DNA of 25,722 bases from Planctomycetota bacterium (GTDB lineage: Bacteria > Planctomycetota > UBA11346), in assembly GCA_038213805.1 (NCBI GenBank), contig JBBQSO010000076.1:1-25722 (forward strand), read 5' to 3'. A model generated the notes under the pieces. That model saw nothing but the letters and a program-made list of their open reading frames with translations, was not told the DNA's origin and searched no databases. This document shows, in pieces, positions 18,323 through 25,722 of the stretch (position 1 is its first letter; each line of letters starts with the position of its first letter). Made by a program: the position numbers and the translations under genes.

Positions 18323-19195
18323 ATGAGCTTCTTTCCCGACCGGCCGCGCACTTTGCGCGAGGCGACGACCATGCTGAGCAGGTTCGCCGATCGTCGGGAT
18401 TGGATCGAGAGCCGCTGGTATTATTTTGAGCCGATTTGCCATTCGCTCGAGGCCCGAGGGGTGGGCGGTGAGAAAGCCCATGACCTAGCCATGGATCTCA
18501 TGCTGAAACTCGATTCGGTGATGCAGCAATATGATCCATCGCGCGGTCGCTTCAGGCCCTACCTTAGCAGGGTCCTCGCCAATCACTATGTCGACGCGCT
18601 CCGCATCGCGGGTCGACGCCCGCTCATATCGTTGGCGGAGGCACACGAGTGCGAGTCCGCCGATCAGCGTGCGGCCATCGATGAAGAGGTGGAGAGTGCC
18701 GCAATGCTCCACTATATCCGCATGGCTTATTACCATTTCGAGGTGCAGGCGCTCGCCGGGACATCGGGTGGGCGGAACCTCGCCCGCCCGTTGCGCGTCC
18801 TCCACCTGCTGCTTATGGAGCGGCGGAGCCAGCAGGAGATCATGGGAGAGCTGCAGATCTCAGAGCGGCAGGTGCGGGTCGACGCCAGCGCGGCTGCCGA
18901 TGCGCTGTCCGGCTGGATCAGGAAGTGGGTTACTGACGATGACCTGTTGGATGTCTCGGATTTTGCGAGACGCAAGGGCATCCAAGTGGAATTCAGTCTC
19001 ACAGGGATCGACGGCCTGTTCCGGCACCTCAGCGATCAGAAAGTCGCGAGCATCCACTTGTTACTTGTGGTCGCTTCGCGCAAGCCTGGCGCGCGGCCGG
19101 CAGGGACCGTATGTGACGGCGCAGGCATCGGTTTCCCGTTGCGTGGCGGCCAGACCATGATCGCTGAGCCGGGCCGGATCAGGAATCTTGCCTAG
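18323..19195 (+). CDS. ECF (sigma-70 family) sigma factor with C-terminal extension
   Basis: GGAG SD 8 nt before ATG 18323. Sigma2: YFEPI...AHDLAMDLMLKL...YDPSRGRFRPYLSRVLANHYVD. Sigma4 HTH: RSQQEIMGELQISERQVR. About 90 further residues follow. Confidence 0.82.
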   Translation: MSFFPDRPRTLREATTMLSRFADRRDWIESRWYYFEPICHSLEARGVGGEKAHDLAMDLMLKLDSVMQQYDPSRGRFRPYLSRVLANHYVDALRIAGRRPLISLAEAHECESADQRAAIDEEVESAAMLHYIRMAYYHFEVQALAGTSGGRNLARPLRVLHLLLMERRSQQEIMGELQISERQVRVDASAAADALSGWIRKWVTDDDLLDVSDFARRKGIQVEFSLTGIDGLFRHLSDQKVASIHLLLVVASRKPGARPAGTVCDGAGIGFPLRGGQTMIAEPGRIRNLA

Positions 19196-19392
19196 GACCC
19201 TGTACGGACGGTTTGCGATACTGATTACCGTGTGGCGACTCGGCCCGAGGATTTCATCGACGCGAGTGCCCTGCTATCAGCGGAAGCGTGGGGTTCCCTG
19301 CCGAAGGCGGATGGTCATCGGCGTCCTGGGCGTCGCAGGCGAGTCTGGTCCAGTCGATCGGGTTCCCTCACCCTCCCGTCCGGGAGGCTGGA

Positions 19393-19429
19393 GTTCCGCG
19401 ACGCCCTCACGAGGAGGGCGTCGCGGAAC
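19393..19429. terminator. Perfect 16-bp hairpin between convergent sigma and caspase genes
   Basis: GTTCCGCGACGCCCTC-ACGAG-GAGGGCGTCGCGGAAC, 21 nt past the caspase stop; no strong U-tract. Confidence 0.6.
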
Positions 19430-19450
19430 GGTTTGTCAGACCCGGAAAAT

Positions 19451-20878
19451 TCAGCTCAATCTGGGATAGACGGTCGTGCCATCATAGAGGTAGGCGGTGC
19501 CCTTGGCACAGTCGTAGGTGGCGTTGTGGTTGGTAGTGACAATGTGAATGAGATTTCCACGGGCCGTCAGCTGGACTACCTGTTTGGGGGCGACGTTGCG
19601 TTCCTCGTATCTGACCCAGCGCACGGCGTCCTTCTCATCAAAGGTCAGGACATGGACCCAGTCGTCCGTATCGTTGTACCAGGTGACGAAACCTTCGGCG
19701 GGATGCAGCAGGAATTCGAAACTCTGAATGATCTTCGATGCCTCCTCGGTGATGACCTTGATGGCGAAGCTTACCAGTCCGTCGGTCACAACATCCCTGC
19801 TCTTTGCGCTCGTGGCCTTCTTGCCTGCGCGCAAGCGGCAGATCTCCTTCAGCCTCGGGACAAGGGCGGAAGGTTTGCCGTCCGGCGACTGGCTGTCCTC
19901 CACCAGGCCGCGGATGATCTGATGTTCGAGGTCCTTCTGGGCGAATGCCAGATTCTGATCTTCGAGGGTATTCATGATGGCTCCTTGCAGATTTGGGGCG
20001 GAATGAGTTACCGCCCCGGGTTGGAGAGACGGATCGCGAGCGAGTTCGCTGAAAGTGGTAGAAAGGGCAAAGGGCAGTCCGCTCAGGGACCGGTTCGCGA
20101 CTAGTTGCGAGTTCTGCGCATAGCCGGCCTTGCGGATGGCTTCGGCCAGTCGCGCATGCAGATGGGAAATGTCCGACGAGGCGTTCGCATCGAGTTCCTG
20201 CAGGAGGAAATAGGACAGCACACCGTGGTATCCACCGTCGATGAAATCGTCGGCAGAGACCTCATCGGATCTACATCCGGAAATGAGCGCTAAGTTCAAG
20301 GCGCTCGTTACGTCAGGTAGCGAGCCCATCGCCAGGCCTTTGTGCCTGGCCGTGGAAAGCCGCCATTGCAGGTCCATCGGCATATGGAAGGTCCGGGCCT
20401 TGAACTGACGGGAGCGGGCGCTCGCGGCGCCCATATCCCTGGTCACCAACTGGCCCGAGTGGCACGAGTCGGAGATCCAGTAGAACCGGACTCCGTCAGG
20501 CAGCGTCGAAAAAAGCTCATTGAAATGCTCGTCCACCAATGCGTGCTCCACAGTGAAGTCGAAATCGATTGGGCAGATGCAGTCGTGGACCTTTTCGACC
20601 TCGCCATCCGGCGAGCGCAGCGGCAGGAGGGCGCCATGACCACTGAAGTGGAATATGAGGCGATCTTCCGGAGCAGCGTCGCAGACAAGCCAGCGCAGCC
20701 TCTCTCTGATCGCTTGCGCGGTCGCTCTGGCGTCGACGAGGAGGCGGATGTTTGCATCCTGGAATCCCGCCTTTTCAACCAGGAAGCGTGCCATTCCTTG
20801 GACGTCGTTTAGGCAGCCTTGGAGTTCATTGGGGTACGCATACGAGTTGATGCCGACTAGGAGCGCTTTATCTGCCAT
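19451..20878 (-). CDS. Caspase-family protease (peptidase C14, orthocaspase/metacaspase-like) with unknown C-terminal domain
   Basis: KALLVGINSY, LQGCLNDV, ATAQAI, FHFSGHG (His codon 20638-20636), ISDSCHSG (Cys codon 20464-20462), LISGCRSDEVS and HGVLSYFL; GAGGA SD before ATG 20878. Confidence 0.93.
   Translation of the reverse strand: MADKALLVGINSYAYPNELQGCLNDVQGMARFLVEKAGFQDANIRLLVDARATAQAIRERLRWLVCDAAPEDRLIFHFSGHGALLPLRSPDGEVEKVHDCICPIDFDFTVEHALVDEHFNELFSTLPDGVRFYWISDSCHSGQLVTRDMGAASARSRQFKARTFHMPMDLQWRLSTARHKGLAMGSLPDVTSALNLALISGCRSDEVSADDFIDGGYHGVLSYFLLQELDANASSDISHLHARLAEAIRKAGYAQNSQLVANRSLSGLPFALSTTFSELARDPSLQPGAVTHSAPNLQGAIMNTLEDQNLAFAQKDLEHQIIRGLVEDSQSPDGKPSALVPRLKEICRLRAGKKATSAKSRDVVTDGLVSFAIKVITEEASKIIQSFEFLLHPAEGFVTWYNDTDDWVHVLTFDEKDAVRWVRYEERNVAPKQVVQLTARGNLIHIVTTNHNATYDCAKGTAYLYDGTTVYPRLS
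19973..19986 (-). promoter_or_regulatory. Internal in-frame ribosome-binding site and start (AAGGAG-N5-ATG) defining a nested 174-aa product, 19975-19451
   Basis: Minus strand GCAAGGAGCCATCATGAATACC, located just after the caspase domain and a low-complexity linker. Confidence 0.6.
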
Positions 20879-20961
20879 GACAGTCTTCCTCAACGTATAA
20901 GTGGTTGGATTCGCGGGCCTTCCTGAGCCGCCTTCAGGGGAAGGCGGTGCCCGTTGCGCAC

Positions 20962-20967
20962 ATTATA
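20962..20967 (-). promoter_or_regulatory. Consensus -10 box TATAAT upstream of the caspase gene
   Basis: Perfect TATAAT about 83 nt upstream of the ATG in GC-rich DNA; no convincing -35. Confidence 0.45.
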
Positions 20968-21155
20968 CGTAGGAGTCTAACGAATCCGGCAGTCGGCAGT
21001 GGGTGTTTGCCCGGAGCGCGTTCTGGTGCGCCTCATCGGCTTCGGATGTAATCGAGAATAGGCTTCACCAAGCGACGTTGGCGGCAGCACCGGCTGATGC
21101 AGATGCCGCGCCGCTCGATCTCAAATGAATCCACCGCTACCTGCCAGAGTGACGT

Positions 21156-24100
21156 TCAGAGCCACACCTCGACATGGTGCTCCTTGCCATCATCGACCAG
21201 CGGGATCGCATGGTCCGGCACGTCCTGCCCGTCTACGCGCGTCGCCTGCGCGCCGCGCGCGACGGTGATGATGTAGGTGGCGGCGCCGTGGCGCCAGGTG
21301 CAGGTGAAGCCGTCCATGTCCTTGGCCAGGCAGGGTGTCACCAGCAACCGGTCGCCGTTTTTGCGTAGGCCGAAGAGTTCTTCAATGAGCAGGCGGTACA
21401 TCCAGCCGGCGGAGCCGGTGTACCAGGTCCAACCGCTGCGGCCGGTGTGCGGGGGGACGCCGTAGACGTCGGCGGCGATGACGTAGGGCTCGGCCTTGCT
21501 GGTCGCCAGGCGCTCGGCGTCGCCGCCGCGGCGCACCGGGTCGAGCAGGCGGGTGATCTCCCACGCGCGCTCGGCGTCGCCGAGGCGGGCGAAGGCCATC
21601 GCCACCCACACCGCGGCGTGGGTGTACTGGCCGCCGTTCTCGCGCACCCCGGGCGGGTAGCCGCGGATGTAGCCGGGGTCGAGCGGAGTGTGGTCGAAGG
21701 GCGGGTCGAAGAGCTGCACCAGTCCACGGCCGCGGCGCACCAGCTGCCGATCGACCGCGTCCATGGCGGCGCGCGCGCGCCCGGGTTCGCCCGCGCCGCT
21801 CAGCACCGCCCAGCTTTGCGGCAGCGAGTCGATGCGGCATTCGCTGTTCTCGGCGGCGCCGATCGCCGCGCCCTCGTCAGTGAAGGCGCGCAGGTACCAG
21901 CGTCCGTCCCAGGCGTGCGTCTCGGCGGCCTGGACCATGGCCGCCGCATCCGCGCGCAGTTCGGCGGCGACCGCCTGGTCGCCGCGGCGCTGTGCCAGCT
22001 CGGCGAGGCGCACCAGCACCTCATGCTGGAAGAATGCCAGCCACACGCTCTCGCCGCGGCCCTTGTGGCCGATGCGGTCGAAGCCGTCGTTCCAGTCGCA
22101 GCCGCCGATCAGCGGCAGGCCGTGTGCGCCGCGCCCGCGCGCGTGGCGCACCGCGCGCAGGCAGTGCTCGTAGAGCGACGCCGGTTCGCCGATGCCGGGC
22201 AGCTCATAGAGGTCGCCGTCCTCGAGGCGCGGGATGCGCCCGGTCAGGAACGGCACCTGTTCGTCGAGCAGCCCCATGTCGCCGCTGCACTCGACGTAGC
22301 GCGCCACCGCCAGCGGCAGCCACAGCAGGTCGTCGCTGCAGTGGGTGCGCACGCCGCGCCCGGCCGGCGGGTGCCACCAGTGCTGCACGTCACCTTCGGT
22401 GAACTGGCGGCCGGCGGCGCGCAGGATCTGCTCGCGCAGCAGGTGCGGGGCCTGGGCGCCGACCGCCATGGCGTCCTGGAGCTGGTCGCGGAAGCCGTAG
22501 GCGCCGCCAGACTGCGAGAAGCCGCTGCGCCCCCACAGCCGGCTGGCCAGCACCTGGTAGAGCAGCCAGCCGTTGGCGAGCAGGTCGAGGGCCGGGTCGC
22601 GGCTGGCGATGCGCACGCCGCCGAGCAGCCGCCGCCAGTGCGCGCCGACCGCCGCGAGTTCGGCGCGGGCCGCGTCGGGATCGCGCCAGCGCGTCGCCAG
22701 GGTGCGCGCCTCGGTGGCATCGGCGCCGCAGCCGAGCACGAACACCACCTCGCGTTCCTGGCCAGGCGCGAGTTCGCAGGGCACCTGGATGGCCAGGCAC
22801 GGGTCGAGGCAGGCGCCGACGCGCCCGCCGAGCCGGGTGCGCGCCAGGGCGTCGGGACTGCTCCACTGGCCGTTGCGGCCGAGGAACTCGCCGCGATCCG
22901 CGGTGACGGTGCGCAGGCGCACGCTGGCGTCGAGGAAGGCCACGCGCCCGGCGAAGTCGGCGCTGTAGGGGTTGCGCGCGGTGAGCGTGCCGCTGGCGCG
23001 GTCGACCGCGCTGATCACGTGCATCGCGCCGCGCTGGCGCAGTTCGCCCAGCGCCAGCTCGCAGCAGGCGGTCAGCGCCAGGCGCCGCACCCGGTTCGAA
23101 TGGTTGGTGATGCGCAGCACCAGGAAGCGCACCGGCGCTTCGACCGCGACGAAGGTGGTCAGCTCGCTCTCGAGGCCGTCGTAGGCGGTGGCGAAGCGGC
23201 TGTAGCCGAAGCCGTGGCGCACCACGTAGCGCGCCGGCGCGCGCGCCGGCCACGGGCACGGTGACCAGAAGCGACCGCTGTCCTCGTCGCGCACATAAAC
23301 GGCCTCGCCGGAGGCGTCGGTGGTGGCGTCGCCGTGCCACGGGGTGAGGCGGAATTCGTGGCTGTTCTCGGCCCAGGTGTAGCCTGCACCGCTTGCCGAA
23401 ACCACCGCGCCGAAGCGCGGGTTGGCGAGCACGTTGACCCATGGCAGCGGCGTGGTGCGCCCTGGTTCCAGGACGATGGCGTACTCCTCGCCGCCGGGCA
23501 GGAAGCCGCCCAGGCCGTTGGCGAAGGCGAGGTCCGCCGGCACGGCGACAGGCGCGGACGGTTCCGCGCGCAGCCCGACGCGCGCGGGTTCCAGGCGGTC
23601 GACCGGGCGCTCTGGGCGCGGCCGGCGCTCCGCCACCGCCTGCAGCGAGCCGGCGGTGTCGGTGATCACCAGCCGCGCCGCGGCCTGCAGCAGCACGCGG
23701 TCCTCATCGGGCATCAGTTCGCTGCGGCGCACGAACACGCCGCCCGGACGGTCGACCAGGCCGGCCGCGGGACCGGCGGCGACCAGGCCCATGAGCTGGT
23801 CGTGGAGCGTGGCGCGATAGCCCGAGACGTCCTCGTTCCAGATCACCAGATCGACCTGCAGGCCCATGGCGCGCCACCACGCATGCGCGGCGAGCACCTC
23901 GCGCACCAGATCGAGGCGCGCGGCATCGCTGATGCGCAGCAACGTGATCGGCAGGTCGCCGGAGATGCCGTGCGCCCACAACCCGGACTGGGAGCGGCGC
24001 CCGAGCGCGACCACGCCGGCGGGCGCACGGCGGAAGGAAGTGGCCATGACCAGGGCGCCGGCCAGGCGCGCCGCGGCCTGGGCCTGGGCTTCGCTGAGGC

Positions 24101-25721
24101 CGAGCTGGTGCAGCAGCAGGCGACCCTGGCTCCATGCCAGGCTGAAGACGCGCTGGGCGAGGTGCTGGTCGTGGTAGCGCTCGGCGATGGCTTCCGCCCC
24201 GGCGAGGTCGCCAGCCATGCCCCATACCAGGTCGACGACCACGCTCTCGCCCGGGCCGATCTCGACGCGGCGGCGGATCGCGGCGATGGGATCGAGCACG
24301 CAGCCGGTGGTGCCGGAAAGGGGCCCGGCCTGGTCGAGCGCGGCGGGGGCGGCCAGGGTGCGCTCGCGGCCGATGAAGCGCATGCGGTCGGTCTCGTAGC
24401 TGGGCGGCCCGGCCTGGCCGCCGTGCACCGCCATCAGATGCACGAGTACCGGCATGGTCTCGCCGGCGCGGCGCGGGCGGCGCCGGCAGAGCAGCGCCTC
24501 GCGCAGCACGTCCACCGAGGTCTGCACGAACAGCCCGGAGAATGCGGCGTGCGCGGCGTCGGCGGCGGCGGAACCGGCAACCACCTCGGCGCAGCTGGTC
24601 AGTTCGATGATGCGGCGCGAACCCGAGCGGTTGATGAGCGTGACGCGGCGCAGCTCGACGTCGTCCTCGGGCGAGACCGCGATCTCGGTGACGGTCTCAA
24701 GGTCGTGGTCGCGGCGGCGGAACTCCGCGCGCGCCGGGGTGAACACCGCTTCGTAGGAGCGGCTCGGGCGCAGCGTGGGCTGGTAGGTGTTCGACCAGGT
24801 GTGGCCACGCTGCACGTCGTGCAGGTAGCAGAACAGGCCGTCGGCCTCGCGCACCGCGTCCTCACGCCAGCGGTTGACCGCGAATTCCTGCCAGCGGCTC
24901 GCGCCGCCGCCGGCCGCGGTGATCATGACGTGGTAGCGGCCATTGGAGAGCAGCGTGGCTTCGGGCTGCGGGCTGTTCGGGTTGCTGATCACGCGGATCG
25001 CGGGCGCCTGGTCGGGCTCGCCGTGGAGCGCGACCGGCTCCTCGTCCGGCAGCTCGGCATCACCCGCCATCAACGGCGCGCGCTCCTGCAGCAGCAGCGC
25101 GACCGCCTTGAGCGCGGGATCCGCGGAGAAGCGCCGGCGCATCGGGCCTCCAGCGAGCGCGTGCAACATGGCGAGCAGCGCCATGCCCTGGTGATGGACC
25201 ATCCACGAGCGCACCACCCCGTGGCTGGTGCCGGGCGCCAGGCGCGCCGGGGTGTAGTCGATGGCTTCGTAGAAGCCGTAGCGGCCGGTGAAGCCCGCGC
25301 GCTGCAGGCGGCGCAGATTGGCGACCGCGGCCGGCGCGTCGACCAGCAGGGCCATGGCGCTGGCGTAGGGCGCGATGACCAGGTCCTGCGCAAGGCCGCG
25401 CTTGAGGCCAAGTCCGGGCACGCCGAAGCCGCGGTACTGCCATACCTGGGCGGCGTCGGTGAGGTGGTAGCCGGATTCCGAGATGCCCCATGGCACCCCA
25501 CGGCTGCGCCCGTAGTGGATCTGGCGCGCGACCACCGCGCGGTTGCTGCGCTCGAGCAGGGTGTCGGGGAACACTGGCATCAGCAGGTCGGGCATCAGGT
25601 ATTCGAACATCGAGCCCGACCACGACATCAGCGCGGGTTGGCCGCCGCTGGCCACCAGCGGCCGGCCGAGCGCGAACCAGTGCGCGAGCGGCACCTGGCC
25701 GCGCGCCACCGCCCAGTAGCT
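21156..25721 (-). CDS. ndvB: Cyclic beta-1,2-glucan synthase NdvB/ChvB/Cgs, 3' part (glucoamylase-like domain, two GH94 N-domains, GH94 phosphorylase domain)
   Basis: HWFALGR, SWSGSMFEYLMP, PWGISES, LLSNGRY, PWVNVLANP.FG, QSGGAYGFRDQLQD, DWNDG, GVRENGGQYTHAA and GWTWYTGSAGW. The frame stays open to the window edge, so the start lies outside. Confidence 0.93.
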   Translation of the reverse strand, partial: SYWAVARGQVPLAHWFALGRPLVASGGQPALMSWSGSMFEYLMPDLLMPVFPDTLLERSNRAVVARQIHYGRSRGVPWGISESGYHLTDAAQVWQYRGFGVPGLGLKRGLAQDLVIAPYASAMALLVDAPAAVANLRRLQRAGFTGRYGFYEAIDYTPARLAPGTSHGVVRSWMVHHQGMALLAMLHALAGGPMRRRFSADPALKAVALLLQERAPLMAGDAELPDEEPVALHGEPDQAPAIRVISNPNSPQPEATLLSNGRYHVMITAAGGGASRWQEFAVNRWREDAVREADGLFCYLHDVQRGHTWSNTYQPTLRPSRSYEAVFTPARAEFRRRDHDLETVTEIAVSPEDDVELRRVTLINRSGSRRIIELTSCAEVVAGSAAADAAHAAFSGLFVQTSVDVLREALLCRRRPRRAGETMPVLVHLMAVHGGQAGPPSYETDRMRFIGRERTLAAPAALDQAGPLSGTTGCVLDPIAAIRRRVEIGPGESVVVDLVWGMAGDLAGAEAIAERYHDQHLAQRVFSLAWSQGRLLLHQLGLSEAQAQAAARLAGALVMATSFRRAPAGVVALGRRSQSGLWAHGISGDLPITLLRISDAARLDLVREVLAAHAWWRAMGLQVDLVIWNEDVSGYRATLHDQLMGLVAAGPAAGLVDRPGGVFVRRSELMPDEDRVLLQAAARLVITDTAGSLQAVAERRPRPERPVDRLEPARVGLRAEPSAPVAVPADLAFANGLGGFLPGGEEYAIVLEPGRTTPLPWVNVLANPRFGAVVSASGAGYTWAENSHEFRLTPWHGDATTDASGEAVYVRDEDSGRFWSPCPWPARAPARYVVRHGFGYSRFATAYDGLESELTTFVAVEAPVRFLVLRITNHSNRVRRLALTACCELALGELRQRGAMHVISAVDRASGTLTARNPYSADFAGRVAFLDASVRLRTVTADRGEFLGRNGQWSSPDALARTRLGGRVGACLDPCLAIQVPCELAPGQEREVVFVLGCGADATEARTLATRWRDPDAARAELAAVGAHWRRLLGGVRIASRDPALDLLANGWLLYQVLASRLWGRSGFSQSGGAYGFRDQLQDAMAVGAQAPHLLREQILRAAGRQFTEGDVQHWWHPPAGRGVRTHCSDDLLWLPLAVARYVECSGDMGLLDEQVPFLTGRIPRLEDGDLYELPGIGEPASLYEHCLRAVRHARGRGAHGLPLIGGCDWNDGFDRIGHKGRGESVWLAFFQHEVLVRLAELAQRRGDQAVAAELRADAAAMVQAAETHAWDGRWYLRAFTDEGAAIGAAENSECRIDSLPQSWAVLSGAGEPGRARAAMDAVDRQLVRRGRGLVQLFDPPFDHTPLDPGYIRGYPPGVRENGGQYTHAAVWVAMAFARLGDAERAWEITRLLDPVRRGGDAERLATSKAEPYVIAADVYGVPPHTGRSGWTWYTGSAGWMYRLLIEELFGLRKNGDRLLVTPCLAKDMDGFTCTWRHGAATYIITVARGAQATRVDGQDVPDHAIPLVDDGKEHHVEVWL

Positions 25722-25722
25722 G

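Larger units (their letters stand above)
13041..20900. other. Accessory gene block of mixed GC between PEPCK and ndvB
   Basis: Hand-counted 60-nt lines: 14641 28/60 GC, 18001 31/60 and 20521 31/60, against 44/60 at line 1201. No integrase or boundary repeats seen. Confidence 0.6.

Noticed and set aside
19451..19975. Caspase C-terminal domain as a bacterial gasdermin
   Set aside because: It is too short, lacks the N-terminal Cys motif, and the putative inhibitory segment is N-terminal rather than C-terminal.
19232..20104. 290-aa plus-strand ORF overlapping the caspase 3' half
   Set aside because: It is antisense to the caspase C-terminal domain, with no SD or recognisable motifs.
21447..23264. 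605-aa plus-strand ORF
   Set aside because: Antisense shadow of ndvB.
1..25722. CRISPR array, rRNA, or integrase and att repeats bounding the 13-21 kb block
   Set aside because: None were seen by eye, so the block is called accessory on composition and gene content only.

Overview
High-GC DNA (about 70% in hand-counted lines) with a Planctomycetota/PVC-like gene set; the taxonomy is inferred only from the DUF1592/DUF1552 pair and the type of ECF sigma factor. From left to right the window holds: the left end and transposase 5' part of an IS5-family element (absent from the ORF track), just downstream of tRNA-Leu(CAG); a PQQ dehydrogenase with an inserted cytochrome c; a DUF374 acyltransferase; dihydroorotase; a DUF1592/DUF1552 pair; a PPi-dependent PEP carboxykinase; and, at the right edge, the 3' part of a cyclic beta-1,2-glucan synthase (ndvB/cgs). 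Between PEPCK and ndvB is an ~8 kb block of mixed, partly lower GC (13041-20900). It encodes a FadL-like outer-membrane barrel, a small beta-sandwich protein, a TPR/Ig/CsgG-like lipoprotein, a membrane Ser/Thr kinase with a matching CsgG-like periplasmic module, a divergent ECF sigma factor, and a C14 orthocaspase. The caspase has an unknown C-terminal domain, an internal in-frame SD+ATG and three xRD motifs at domain boundaries. This block is the best candidate for an undescribed system: a CRISPR-independent, trans-envelope kinase/sigma/caspase signalling or defence module. All family calls come from motif recognition by eye; no database searches were run.
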